Source: an uncultured Gammaproteobacteria bacterium (lineage in GTDB: Bacteria; Patescibacteriota; Microgenomatia; CAZETR01; Amesbacteraceae). From it: 27,160 nucleotides of DNA. A program made the position numbers and the translations under genes. The notes below the pieces were generated by a model. That model made no database searches and was not told the DNA's origin. It saw nothing but the letters and a program-made list of their open reading frames with translations. The stretch covers positions 1-27,160 of the forward strand of contig CAYHWU010000004.1 of the NCBI GenBank assembly GCA_964360495.1, given 5' to 3'. Below, piece after piece: positions 13,312 through 23,644 of the stretch; positions within the stretch are counted from its first letter, which is position 1, and each line of letters begins with the position of its first letter.

Positions 13312-15423
13312 ATGAACATCAAAACGTTAGTAAAGAAATATAAACGACGGTTAATACTAATTGGGATTTGTGGCTTGGGATTTGGGATTTGGATCTTCTG
13401 GGGTTTGCCCAACCCCATGCGTCTGACCACCAACCCCTCACCAGCTTCAACCAAAATTCTAGATCGAAAAGGAAAATTAATCTACGAAGTTTTTTCCGAC
13501 CAAAGACGCACCCCGGTGTCTCTCAAATCTTTACCTATTCATGTGGTTCGTGCCACCTTAGCAGCCGAAGACCGCGACTTTTATACCCACTCGGGTTTTT
13601 CCATTCGCGGAATCGCTCGGGCTTTTTTGAGTACTTTTTTCAAAAATAACGTTCAAGGAGGATCAACTATTACCCAGCAGTTGGTCAAAAATGCCCTCTT
13701 AACTTCAGACAGGACAGTCAGACGCAAAATTCGAGAATTTATTTTGAGCGTTACCGTCGAAATAGCTTATTCTAAAGATCAAATTTTGGAGATGTATCTT
13801 AATCAAGTACCTTATGGTGGAACTGCCTACGGTATTGAATCAGCCGCCCAAACTTATTTTGGTAAATCGGCCGATAAATTGGATCTGGCTGAAGCTGCCC
13901 TTTTGGCCGGACTTCCTCAGGCCCCATCCTATTATTCCCCCTTTGGTTCCCACCCCGAGGAAAGTAAAAACCGGCAAAAATATGTTTTGGGTCAGATGAA
14001 AGACAATAAAATGATCTCTGAAACAGAATACGATTCTGCACTAAACGAAGATCTAAAGTTTATTATTGCCGACTCCATCAAAGCCCCCCACTTCGCTCTC
14101 TGGGTCAAAGATTTGTTGGTCTCCAAATATGGTCTACAAAAAGTTCAAGAGAGTGGGCTTATGGTGACCACTACTTTAGATTTGGAGATTCAAAAATTCG
14201 CTCAAGACGCAGTGGCCACCGAAGTGGCAAAGCTTAAATTGGAAAGAGTTGGTAATGGAGCAGCTCTGGTCACGGCACCCAAGACTGGTCAAATTTTGGC
14301 CATGGTTGGCTCTAAAGATTATTTTGATATCAAAGCCGATGGTAACGTCAATGTCACTCTAGCCAGCAGGCAACCTGGGAGCGCCATCAAGCCTATCAAC
14401 TATGCTTTAGCTTTGGACCGTAAACTAATTACCGCCGCTTCAGTTTTGGCTGACAAGCCCACCTGTTTTACTCAGCCCGATCAAAAGATGTATTGTCCAG
14501 TTAATTATGATAACCAATGGCACGGACCAACCCAAGCCAGATTTGCCTTGGCCAATTCTTTCAACATTCCTGCGGTCAAAACCTTAGTTATTAATGGCCT
14601 GACCGACTTTGTGGCTTCGGCTTCGGCTTTTGGAATTACGAGTTTTAAGGATCCGACTAAATATGGCCCGTCTCTGACATTGGGTGGGGGTGAAGTAACC
14701 ATGCTTGAAATGGCAACCGCTTATGGTGTTTTGGCAAACGCTGGACAGCGCGTAAATCTCAATCCAATCCTTGAAATTCGTGATCTCAAGGATGAGATCC
14801 TTGAAAAAACTCCAGTGTTACCATCCAATAAGCGGGTGATTTCAGCCGGGGCCGCTTTTATTACCTCTCATCTACTATTTGATAATGGGGCTAGAACTGC
14901 CACTTTTGGTCCGAGTTCGTATCTCGTCGTCAATGCTCACCCCGAGGTTTCAGTTAAAACCGGAACTACTAACGACAAGCGCGATAATTGGACCATTGGT
15001 TATACCCCAGATTATCTGGTGGCGGTTTGGGTGGGCAACAACGACAACACACCTATGAGCAATGTGGCCTCTGGTGTCACTGGCGCCTCCCCCATTTGGA
15101 ATAAAGTCATGTCATCTATTCTCAAAGATAAGAGTATTCATTGGCCTACCCAACCCCCAGAAGTGGTCGGGGCCATGGTCTGCTCGCTTTCTGGCCAACG
15201 AGCCTCTGACCCTCCACCAGCTAACTGTAGCCCACGTTATGAGTATTTTTTGACAGGGACACTACCAGCATTTCAAGTTGACGATCTCAGACGGGACCTT
15301 GACGGTCAAAGTCACTTGGTGATTTTTGACGCCCTGGGCCTGCAATTGTGCTTAGACTGCGCTGGAGGCTACGGTGAGGCTGATATTATCAAGCTGGATC
15401 GAAATGGCCGTGGACATCGTTAA
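13312..15423 (+). CDS. Class A penicillin-binding protein (PBP1A family), copy 1
   Basis: Transglycosylase motifs EDRDFY, GGSTITQQLVKN, RKIRE; transpeptidase motifs SAIK, SFN, KTG. Confidence 0.95.
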   Translation: MNIKTLVKKYKRRLILIGICGLGFGIWIFWGLPNPMRLTTNPSPASTKILDRKGKLIYEVFSDQRRTPVSLKSLPIHVVRATLAAEDRDFYTHSGFSIRGIARAFLSTFFKNNVQGGSTITQQLVKNALLTSDRTVRRKIREFILSVTVEIAYSKDQILEMYLNQVPYGGTAYGIESAAQTYFGKSADKLDLAEAALLAGLPQAPSYYSPFGSHPEESKNRQKYVLGQMKDNKMISETEYDSALNEDLKFIIADSIKAPHFALWVKDLLVSKYGLQKVQESGLMVTTTLDLEIQKFAQDAVATEVAKLKLERVGNGAALVTAPKTGQILAMVGSKDYFDIKADGNVNVTLASRQPGSAIKPINYALALDRKLITAASVLADKPTCFTQPDQKMYCPVNYDNQWHGPTQARFALANSFNIPAVKTLVINGLTDFVASASAFGITSFKDPTKYGPSLTLGGGEVTMLEMATAYGVLANAGQRVNLNPILEIRDLKDEILEKTPVLPSNKRVISAGAAFITSHLLFDNGARTATFGPSSYLVVNAHPEVSVKTGTTNDKRDNWTIGYTPDYLVAVWVGNNDNTPMSNVASGVTGASPIWNKVMSSILKDKSIHWPTQPPEVVGAMVCSLSGQRASDPPPANCSPRYEYFLTGTLPAFQVDDLRRDLDGQSHLVIFDALGLQLCLDCAGGYGEADIIKLDRNGRGHR

Positions 15424-15430
15424 ATTGAGC

Positions 15431-15459
15431 TTGCAATACATCCCATAGTATTGTAAAAT
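15431..15459 (+). promoter_or_regulatory. Promoter TTGCAA-17-TAAAAT for PBP copy 2
   Basis: The -10 box ends exactly 6 nt before ATG 15466. Confidence 0.7.
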
Positions 15460-15465
15460 GCCCCG

Positions 15466-17616
15466 ATGCTTACGAAACTTCTGGTGGCTATTGGCAAACC
15501 TATTTATAAAGGTCTGACTTGGTTTTTTAAAAAACGCTCAACTTTGCATCAACTCCTCCGCAGTTTATATTTAGTCAAAATAAATGGCCCTGTGGGTGTT
15601 AAACCAAAAACAGGACATAGATACCTCATTTTGGCATTTATCATTTTGTCATTTGTCATTTACTTATACGTTTTTAAAGACTTACCATCACCCACCACAC
15701 TTACTACCCAACCAGTTCCACTAACCACTCACATTCGTGATCGCAATGGAGTCACCCTATATAAATTTTATAAAAATCAAAATCGTACTTTAGTTAAACT
15801 CTCAGACATGCCAGAATATCTCAAACAGGCTGCCATTTCAATTGAAGATAAGCAGTTCTATAGTCACGCCGGTTTTTCAATTACTGGAACTATACGGGCC
15901 TTTTTTAGAACTACTTCTGGAAAACAAGTCGAGGGTGGGTCAACTATCACTCAACAATTGGTCAAAACAGCTCTGCTCTCACCAGAGAGAACCTTGCAAC
16001 GTAAAGTGCGTGAATTAGTTTTGGCAATGGCTGTCGAAATCTTATATTCCAAAGATCAGATTTTAGAGATGTATTTAAACAGAGTTAGTTATGGAGGAGA
16101 AACTTATGGAGTTGAAGAAGCTTCTCAGATATATTTTGGTAAACCAGTCAAAGAATTGACACTGGCTGAAGCGTCACTTCTGGCTGGGCTTCCCGCTTCT
16201 CCGACAACATATTCCCCATTTGGATCAAAGCCAGAGCTTGCCAAGAACCGTCAAAAAGAAGTTCTCCGTCGGATGGTTGAGGATGGTTATATCACTTGGG
16301 ACCAAGCCCAAAAAACAAGCAACGAAGAATTGAAATTCATGCCCCAAACAGTAGATATTAAAGCTCCTCATTTTGTCATGTATGTTCGAGAACTTTTGGC
16401 TGAAAAATATGGAGCCGACGTTGTTGAACAAGGAGGCTTGGACGTAACCACATCTCTTGATTTGAGTATTCAAGACCAAGCAGAAAAAATAGTTAAAGAT
16501 GAAACAGCCAAAGTGGCCTATTTGCATATTGGCAATGGAGCCGCTTTAGTTACCAATCCCAACACTGGAGAAATCTTGGCCATGGTGGGATCCCGCGATT
16601 ATTTTGATACCAAGGCCGATGGCAACGTCAACGTGACCCGGGCTCTAAGGCAACCCGGAAGTTCGATCAAGCCTGTTAACTATGCTCTATCTTTTATAAA
16701 TAATTTTACCCCGGGATCTTTGATCGACGATTCACCCATTACTTACAATGTGGCTGGTCAACCCAGCTATTCTCCAGTCAACTACGATGGAAAGTTTCAC
16801 GGAAAAGTCACACTACGAACAGCCTTGGCTTCGTCTTACAATATTCCCGCGGTTAAGTTACTGGCCGCCAATGGTATTGATAAATTTATCAATCTTGGCC
16901 AAAAAATGGGTATCACCACCTGGGATGATCCCTCCCGTTTTGGCTTGTCGCTGACTTTGGGTGGTGGCGAAGTGACCATGCTCGATATGGCCAAAGTCTT
17001 TGGAGTTTTTGCCAATACCGGACTGAGAACTGATCTTCAATCAATCCTTTTGGTCCGAGACGCTAAGGGTAAGGTTTTAGAAAAAATGGAAAGTGTCAAA
17101 TCAGAGCGAGTTATGGATACAAGAATCGCCTATCTTATTTCCGATATTTTGTCAGACAATTCTGCCCGGGCTCCAGCTTTTGGCTATAGTTCTGACTTGT
17201 TCATTCCAGGACAAATGGTAGCTGTCAAAACCGGAACCACCAACAATTTAAAGGATAACTGGACAATTGGTTATACTCCAAATCGAGTAGTGGCTGTCTG
17301 GGTCGGCAACAATGACAATTCTTCCATGAGTTATGTGGCCTCAGGTGTTACTGGAGCTTCTCCAATTTGGAGAAAGATTATGAATGCTATCTTGGACAAA
17401 CAAGCACCTACTGTTTTTACTCCCCCATCAGATCTAATTAAAGTAAATATTTGTATTATTACTGGAGAACTCACTTGTGCAGGTTGCCCTACCAAAGCCG
17501 AATTCTTTATTCCTGGAACTCAGCCCGCTCGAGCTTGTAATCCTGACGCAATCAAAAAGATTCAAGAAGACAAAGAGCGCGATAAAATCCTCAATGGTGC
17601 TAAAATTGGTCAGTGA
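15466..17616 (+). CDS. Class A penicillin-binding protein (PBP1A family), copy 2
   Basis: EDKQFY, GGSTITQQLVKT, RKVRE; SSIK, SYN, KTG. Confidence 0.95.
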   Translation: MLTKLLVAIGKPIYKGLTWFFKKRSTLHQLLRSLYLVKINGPVGVKPKTGHRYLILAFIILSFVIYLYVFKDLPSPTTLTTQPVPLTTHIRDRNGVTLYKFYKNQNRTLVKLSDMPEYLKQAAISIEDKQFYSHAGFSITGTIRAFFRTTSGKQVEGGSTITQQLVKTALLSPERTLQRKVRELVLAMAVEILYSKDQILEMYLNRVSYGGETYGVEEASQIYFGKPVKELTLAEASLLAGLPASPTTYSPFGSKPELAKNRQKEVLRRMVEDGYITWDQAQKTSNEELKFMPQTVDIKAPHFVMYVRELLAEKYGADVVEQGGLDVTTSLDLSIQDQAEKIVKDETAKVAYLHIGNGAALVTNPNTGEILAMVGSRDYFDTKADGNVNVTRALRQPGSSIKPVNYALSFINNFTPGSLIDDSPITYNVAGQPSYSPVNYDGKFHGKVTLRTALASSYNIPAVKLLAANGIDKFINLGQKMGITTWDDPSRFGLSLTLGGGEVTMLDMAKVFGVFANTGLRTDLQSILLVRDAKGKVLEKMESVKSERVMDTRIAYLISDILSDNSARAPAFGYSSDLFIPGQMVAVKTGTTNNLKDNWTIGYTPNRVVAVWVGNNDNSSMSYVASGVTGASPIWRKIMNAILDKQAPTVFTPPSDLIKVNICIITGELTCAGCPTKAEFFIPGTQPARACNPDAIKKIQEDKERDKILNGAKIGQ

Positions 17617-17634
17617 GCAATTACAAAAATACTC

Positions 17635-18465
17635 TTATTTTGATTCTGGTGTTGGCGATGGTAGTGGCGATTGTAATCTCTTTACGCGTTCTGATTCATA
17701 ATCCCAAACTTTTTTAGCAATTGTCTGCAGAGCAGTTGGAGCCTGATCAAAGTCTACATCTTTATTCATGACCACCAATATAAATGAATTGTCACTTTTA
17801 ACTATTCCGGAATCGGCCCACATTTGATCATTGTTGGCAATTTTATGAATGAACTCTATATCTTTGGGCAAAGCTGGACGAATTCGATCCTCAAAAATAG
17901 AGTCTTCCAGATATGGCCACAATTCTGGTATTTTATAAACTTCTCTCCACATCATTGAAACATCATGGGCAGTTGTAGTATTCTCTGCAAACGAAGAGCT
18001 CTTCATCCCCATTTGTCTAAGCTTGACTTCGATATTTCCCCGACCCACCAGATTAGACAAAGTGACCGGTGCATCATTGTCTGAGTATTTACCGATGGCT
18101 ATAAATAAATCCTCATGGTCTTTATTTAAACCAACCTCCAAAGCCTTGATGAGAATTGGCACTTTCATAAACGATGCTGCTGGCATGCTAATATTTTCAT
18201 TTAAACCATAACCCTTACCCTCCCCTAGTCGAAAAATTGAAACAGAATATATGCCTTCTAGACTTGAAGTATATTCACGCAGACTAGCAATGAAGTTGGC
18301 AGTTTCTCGAGACAGGTCTTGATCTTGAGGCCCTAAAATATAACTCACATTAAAAGTTGACAGAGTAAAACTCGCTTTCTTGGGATTTTGATAAAACCAA
18401 AACAGACTACTAACCAGACCACAGGCCACAAATAAAATTAAGATTAAAAATCGGTTTTTATCCAT
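17635..18465 (-). CDS. Membrane-anchored class A beta-lactamase-like serine hydrolase
   Basis: AASFMK (SxxK), YSDN, HKIA in place of KTG, 'WADSGIV'. Confidence 0.8.
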   Translation of the reverse strand: MDKNRFLILILFVACGLVSSLFWFYQNPKKASFTLSTFNVSYILGPQDQDLSRETANFIASLREYTSSLEGIYSVSIFRLGEGKGYGLNENISMPAASFMKVPILIKALEVGLNKDHEDLFIAIGKYSDNDAPVTLSNLVGRGNIEVKLRQMGMKSSSFAENTTTAHDVSMMWREVYKIPELWPYLEDSIFEDRIRPALPKDIEFIHKIANNDQMWADSGIVKSDNSFILVVMNKDVDFDQAPTALQTIAKKVWDYESERVKRLQSPLPSPTPESK

Positions 18466-18469
18466 CTGC

Positions 18470-19357
18470 TTATTTTACGGCAGAAAGAGGCGGTTTACCT
18501 GAGAAAACAGCAATCAAATTATCGCAAGCCAGTTTACCCATGGCCAATCTGGCAGATTTAGTAGCTGAAGCAATGTGGGGAGTCAAAATAACATTAGGCA
18601 TTTCTACTAGTTCTGGACGAGGTTCCGGTTCATTTTCCCAGACGTCTAGAGCAGCCCCAGTCAGAGAGCCATTTTGCAACAATTCCAATAAGCCAGCTTC
18701 GTCGACTACTGGACCACGAGCCGTATTAATTAAAATTGCTCCCGGTTTAAAGACAGTTTTACTGTCAATCATATGTTTGGTTTCTGGTGTAAGAGGGACA
18801 TGAAGGGAGACCACATCTGAAGTAGAAATTACTTCTTCAAGTTTGGTGTTGCTGGTTCGAGAGTGTGTGATTACTTTCATTCCAAAGGCTTCAGCTTTAG
18901 CAGCGACAATACTGCCAATTCGTCCAGCCCCAATCACCCCCAAAGTTTTACCCTTTAAATCCGTCCCAATAAAGATATCTGGCTGCCAACCTTTGTAGCC
19001 AACATTTTTGGCAAAGTCAGCAGCCGGTTCAAGTTTACGGCTCAATGCCAAAATAAGTGTCCAGGTAAATTCAGCTACAGCTTCGTTGACTTCATCACAG
19101 GGGGTGTTGGTAACTATAATATTTTTACTCTTGGCATAATCTACGTCGATGTTGTCAAAACCCACTGCGTAATTGGCAATTATTTTTAATTTAGTGGCTT
19201 TTTCTAAAACTGTTTTTGTTACTTTATCAGTTAGTAAACACAGCAAACCATCATATGTCTCATCTAAATCCTCTAGCTTCCCCAAGACAACATCGTTTTT
19301 AATCGGCTCCACTACCTCATCCCAAAAAGGAATTTTATTGGTGACAAGTATCTTCAT
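18470..19357 (-). CDS. D-isomer-specific 2-hydroxyacid dehydrogenase (glyoxylate/D-glycerate type)
   Basis: ANYAVGFDNID, GAGRIG, INTARG, DVWENEP, TPHIAS. Confidence 0.92.
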   Translation of the reverse strand: MKILVTNKIPFWDEVVEPIKNDVVLGKLEDLDETYDGLLCLLTDKVTKTVLEKATKLKIIANYAVGFDNIDVDYAKSKNIIVTNTPCDEVNEAVAEFTWTLILALSRKLEPAADFAKNVGYKGWQPDIFIGTDLKGKTLGVIGAGRIGSIVAAKAEAFGMKVITHSRTSNTKLEEVISTSDVVSLHVPLTPETKHMIDSKTVFKPGAILINTARGPVVDEAGLLELLQNGSLTGAALDVWENEPEPRPELVEMPNVILTPHIASATKSARLAMGKLACDNLIAVFSGKPPLSAVK

Positions 19358-20292
19358 TGATTTATTTTATCAAATGTTAACAAACCTTTTTGTGGACCGA
19401 CGAAGCCAAGGACTGAAGCTGAATTTTTAGATCCCCAAACTAGGGCTTCTTCGACAGATTCCCCAAGCATAACGCCTCCCATAAAACCAACCGCAAAGGC
19501 ATCCCCCGCTCCAGTGCGTTCAACTACTGGGGCGTCGATGACTGGTGCAAAATAATCTTTTTTTCCATCAAAACAATAGGCCCCTTCAGGTCCATTGGTC
19601 ACCACAACTATTTTTGGTCCATGCTTGGCCAACTCTCTGGCTAGTTCCGGACAACCTAAATCAGTTTTGAGCAAATCATTACCCTCTTCACGATTTACAA
19701 ACAAAATCTCAGTCTGAGAAAGAGCTTGGCCAATTTTGTCTAAACCGTCTTTAATTTGCCTGGTTCCTGGGTTAAAAGCAATTTTAGTGTTGTGTGGTTT
19801 TGACCACTCTAAGGCTTGACCATAAAAGTCTTCATAACCCTTACCCATCGATGTTAGATACATCCAGTCAGCAGCAAGTTCAGGATCCTCTGGGAAACAA
19901 CACAAAGCATCGGGATAATATGAGAGAATTGTTCTTTCTTCTTGGTAATTAATGACGACACCAAAGCCATTTTGACCTTTGTTGATTTCAATATATTTTG
20001 TTTCTACTTTTTCTTCCTTTAAAACATTTTTTGCTTGGTTGTCCATCCAACCATCCCCCATAGCGCAGATTAGAGCAGTGCTCAGACCCAATCGCCCCAA
20101 ACCCACAGCGTTGTTACCAGCATTTCCACCAATGGCAAAATCGACACTTTGGACAGAAATCTTTTCACCAAAACCCATTTCGATGATACATCTCTTTCTA
20201 TCGATCGAACATTTTTCAGCCACAGAATCTTCTGGCAATTTTACAAAAACATCCATTCGAGCGGGACCAAGTGAGAGACAATGGTATTTCAT
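19354..20292 (-). CDS. PfkB-family carbohydrate kinase
   Basis: GGNAGNNA, FVNREE, VTNGPEG, VERTGAGDAF. Confidence 0.92.
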   Translation of the reverse strand: MKYHCLSLGPARMDVFVKLPEDSVAEKCSIDRKRCIIEMGFGEKISVQSVDFAIGGNAGNNAVGLGRLGLSTALICAMGDGWMDNQAKNVLKEEKVETKYIEINKGQNGFGVVINYQEERTILSYYPDALCCFPEDPELAADWMYLTSMGKGYEDFYGQALEWSKPHNTKIAFNPGTRQIKDGLDKIGQALSQTEILFVNREEGNDLLKTDLGCPELARELAKHGPKIVVVTNGPEGAYCFDGKKDYFAPVIDAPVVERTGAGDAFAVGFMGGVMLGESVEEALVWGSKNSASVLGFVGPQKGLLTFDKINQ

Positions 20293-21002
20293 TTGAATAT
20301 AATCTGCGCTAATTTCTTAGATAATTCAACAGGTTCTTTGCTTTGCCATATATTTCGTCCCACTGCCATACCTAATGCACCAGCGGACATAATTTCTTCA
20401 GCTTCTTTTAAAAATTCTGCTTCTTCTTTTTTAGTCCCACCCTGAGCGAGAACTCCAGTTTTGCCAGCAGCCTTCACTACCCAAGAAAAGCTTTCGACAT
20501 TTCCGGTATATGGGACTTTGACATAATCGGCTCCCAATTCGAGTCCGAGTCTGGCAGCATAGGCCACAATATCTTTTGAAGTTTCTTGACCCTTAACTGA
20601 TTTACCTCTGGGGTACATCCAAGCAATTACGCCTAAATTATTTTTATGAGCTTCGTCTTCGATTGCTGAAAACTCCTGCATCATTTTTGCTTCATGCTCA
20701 CTGCCCACAAAAATGGTGTAACCGACCGATTTGGCTCCTAGTTCGATCGCTTTGGCGACTGTGCAGAGTTGTGGAGAATAAGGATCCTCATCGGGGTGCA
20801 ATTTTGTCTTGCCATTCAACTTAATTATTAACGGTAAAGTCGTTTTATATTTTTCGGCAATGCCTTCGTGATAAATAATGCCTGTAAATACTCCGGCTTT
20901 TTCTCCAATATCAATTATTTGCTGGGGGTCAACATTGTCATCATTAAAATCTACCGGCCCATGCTCAAACCCTTGATCATAGGCCAGTAGAAATTGTTTC
21001 AT
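20289..21002 (-). CDS. Class I (DhnA/archaeal-type) fructose-bisphosphate aldolase
   Basis: AYDQGFEHGP, WMYPRG, ELGADYVKVPY (Schiff-base Lys), GRNIWQ. Confidence 0.88.
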   Translation of the reverse strand: MKQFLLAYDQGFEHGPVDFNDDNVDPQQIIDIGEKAGVFTGIIYHEGIAEKYKTTLPLIIKLNGKTKLHPDEDPYSPQLCTVAKAIELGAKSVGYTIFVGSEHEAKMMQEFSAIEDEAHKNNLGVIAWMYPRGKSVKGQETSKDIVAYAARLGLELGADYVKVPYTGNVESFSWVVKAAGKTGVLAQGGTKKEEAEFLKEAEEIMSAGALGMAVGRNIWQSKEPVELSKKLAQIIFK

Positions 21003-21024
21003 GAAATAAGTATATCACCCAGGA

Positions 21025-21258
21025 TTACTCATTTCCGAGTAAGAAATATAAAGCTGCGACAACGGAAAGGACACCAACTACCATTTGGACCGAGACTCCA
21101 TAAAGACTATATCCAAGTACTGGTCCCATCTGAGTAGGTAGCATGTGACCTAGGCCTCCGAGGAGGAGTAATGCCCAAGCGGCGGTTGCCCACTTACCAG
21201 AACAGGTACATCCACAAGCTTCACATTGTTTTGCTGTCATTGTTTTTTTAGCTGCCAT
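21025..21258 (-). CDS. Small Cys-rich two-TM membrane protein
   Basis: CEACGCTC followed by two hydrophobic helices; overlaps the transketolase stop. Confidence 0.7.
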   Translation of the reverse strand: MAAKKTMTAKQCEACGCTCSGKWATAAWALLLLGGLGHMLPTQMGPVLGYSLYGVSVQMVVGVLSVVAALYFLLGNE

Positions 21259-22198
21259 TAATAATCACCACCTTCCGAGAAATCGCTCTTTTAACTGCTT
21301 CTTTTATTTTACTCGTAGACATCCCATATTTGGCAAGTAGTTCCTCTGGCTGGCCTGATTCCCCAAAATGATCTGGCATACCTACAAATTCCATTGGGGT
21401 AGGATAGTTCATGGCTAATAGTTCAGAGATTGCAGAGCCCATTCCCCCAGCCATCTGGTGCTCTTCGACAGTGACAATAGCCCCACAATCGCGAGCAGCT
21501 TTTAGAAGTGTTATTTTATCTAGTGGTTTTATGGTGTGATTGTTGATCACCATAGTTTTAATTCCTTCATCATTGAGTTCTCTTGCAGCAAGAAGTGTTT
21601 GATAAACCAATGGTCCACAGGCAACCAGAGCAACATCGTAACCAAAGTTTTCCAAGATCTCTGCTTTTCCCAGAGTAAAAGAACAATTTATAACTGGCGT
21701 CTTCTCCCGGGTTAATCGCAAATAACAAGGACCGGCAATGCCTGCGATTTCCAGCGTTGCCTGCTTTGCCTCCCCAGCATCACATGGCACAACCACCGTC
21801 ATATTTGGCAGGACCCGCATCATGGCCACATCTTCCAGCGCCTGGTGTGTAGCTCCATCAGGCCCAACTGAAAGACCAGCATGGCAACCTATCACCTTGA
21901 CTGGTAAATTGGAGTAGCATATGGAAACTCGGATCTGATCCCAATTTCGCCCAGGCGAGAATACTGCATAAGAAGAAATAAAAGGAATTTTGCCAGCGGC
22001 AGCAAGACCTGCAGCAATGCCGGCCATATTTTGTTCTGCTACACCACACTCTATAAATCGCTCAGGAAATTTCTTGGCAAAGTCGGAAACTTTGGTACTG
22101 TCAGCAAGATCAGCTGTAAGAACAACAATATTTTTGTTTTGTTCACCCAGCTCCACGAGAGCTTCTCCATATCCCTCACGAGTTGCCAAATTATTCAT
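21248..22198 (-). CDS. tkt: Transketolase, C-terminal (pyrimidine-binding) subunit
   Basis: ADLADST, GVAEQNM, VGPDGATHQALED, KPLD, VEEH. Confidence 0.95.
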   Translation of the reverse strand: MNNLATREGYGEALVELGEQNKNIVVLTADLADSTKVSDFAKKFPERFIECGVAEQNMAGIAAGLAAAGKIPFISSYAVFSPGRNWDQIRVSICYSNLPVKVIGCHAGLSVGPDGATHQALEDVAMMRVLPNMTVVVPCDAGEAKQATLEIAGIAGPCYLRLTREKTPVINCSFTLGKAEILENFGYDVALVACGPLVYQTLLAARELNDEGIKTMVINNHTIKPLDKITLLKAARDCGAIVTVEEHQMAGGMGSAISELLAMNYPTPMEFVGMPDHFGESGQPEELLAKYGMSTSKIKEAVKRAISRKVVIINGS

Positions 22199-23024
22199 AA
22201 TTTATTTTACCTCCAAGTGTACGCAAGTCTCGCAGGGCTTCCACCGCATCCATCCAATTTGGTGGTTTGCCGTGCCAAGTGTAATCACCTTCCATAAAAT
22301 CGACGCCTTTACCAGGAATGGTGTGAGCAATAATCACGGTTGGGTTTTCGAAGATGGCTTTGGCTTTGTTAATGGCATTTATAATTTCAGCAATATTGTG
22401 ACCATCAACTTCAATGACTGACCAGTTAAATGCTTTAAATTTATCAGCCAGAGGTTCAAGAGGCATAACATTTTCAGTAAAACCATCAATCTGGATATTG
22501 TTGCGGTCAATAATGGCAGTTAAGCGAAACAAACTATTTTTGCCAGCAAACATGATGGCTTCCCAATTTTGACCTTCCTGCAATTCCGCATCGGACATCA
22601 GGCAAATTGTTCGATAATCAGCATTATTAATCTGTCCAGCCAAAGTGACACCAATGGCTTGGGATAATCCTTGGCCCAAAGGGCCACCGGTGTTCTCCAC
22701 CCCAGGAAGTTCTCGGTAATGAGGATGACCTTGAAGTCTGGTTCCGATTTTTCGCAAAGTTAAAATTTCATCATGGTTAAAGTAACCAGCTCTAGCCAAT
22801 GTCGCATACCAAACTGGACAGATATGGCCATTACTTAGTAATACTCTGTCGCGATTGGGGTCCCAAGGATTCTTTGGGTTTAAATTTAAGGCTTGGGAAA
22901 AATAGATGGCGGTAAAAACATCGGCCATTCCCAGTGGCCCTGCACTGTGTCCAGAACCTGCTGCCACAAGCATGGCGATTATATCTTCACGGATCTTGTT
23001 GGCAATTTCTGAAAGATCGGTCAT
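22191..23024 (-). CDS. tkt: Transketolase, N-terminal (ThDP-binding) subunit
   Basis: GSGHSAG, DRVLLSNGH, LQGHP, SDAELQEGQNWEA...DRN, WHGK. Confidence 0.95.
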   Translation of the reverse strand: MTDLSEIANKIREDIIAMLVAAGSGHSAGPLGMADVFTAIYFSQALNLNPKNPWDPNRDRVLLSNGHICPVWYATLARAGYFNHDEILTLRKIGTRLQGHPHYRELPGVENTGGPLGQGLSQAIGVTLAGQINNADYRTICLMSDAELQEGQNWEAIMFAGKNSLFRLTAIIDRNNIQIDGFTENVMPLEPLADKFKAFNWSVIEVDGHNIAEIINAINKAKAIFENPTVIIAHTIPGKGVDFMEGDYTWHGKPPNWMDAVEALRDLRTLGGKINYE

Positions 23025-23629
23025 ATCTGAAAAGCTTTTTCGGCAGGATTAAAAGCTTTGTGATCATGCTTAAGCATAAATTCAAAGACTTCTAGTGATT
23101 CCACTACCTCTTCGGGAGTGGTCGCTATGCGATAGACCTGAAATTCTTCGGGGCGCATGCGCATATTGGCCATAAAGGTGGCCATAATATTTTCCCAAAA
23201 TTTTCCATACAATATTAGGGGTTTATGATGACCCATATACAAACGGGCTAGTCCCCAAGCCATACCAAATTCAGAGATGGTCCCTGTCCCCCCCTTAAAA
23301 ATCACATAGGCCTGAGCAATTTCCAAAAGTTTAAGCGTTCTGGTTAAATAATCATCGGTTTTGATTTCTTCATCAAACTGATTATTTTTATCACGGCCTT
23401 CAAAATTGGCTACATCTTTGGGATAGAAAGTTACACCAATGGTATGTCCTTTGGCTTTTTTAGCACCTTCTGTGGTTGCTCGCATTACCCCAGGTCCGCC
23501 ACCATTGGCCACAATAAATCCTGCTTTGGCTAAAGCTTCACCCACATCGTAGGCGTCTTGATAGAGTTTTTCGCCTGGAATAGCGTCGGCATATCCCAAA
23601 CACGAGACAGTTTTAATCCTCTTGAGCAT
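23021..23629 (-). CDS. LOG-family (Rossmann-fold) nucleotide phosphoribohydrolase-like protein
   Basis: GGGPGVMRA..EGA and KGGTGTISE (PGGxGTxxE-like). Confidence 0.85.
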   Translation of the reverse strand: MLKRIKTVSCLGYADAIPGEKLYQDAYDVGEALAKAGFIVANGGGPGVMRATTEGAKKAKGHTIGVTFYPKDVANFEGRDKNNQFDEEIKTDDYLTRTLKLLEIAQAYVIFKGGTGTISEFGMAWGLARLYMGHHKPLILYGKFWENIMATFMANMRMRPEEFQVYRIATTPEEVVESLEVFEFMLKHDHKAFNPAEKAFQI

Positions 23630-23644
23630 TAATTAATGATACCA

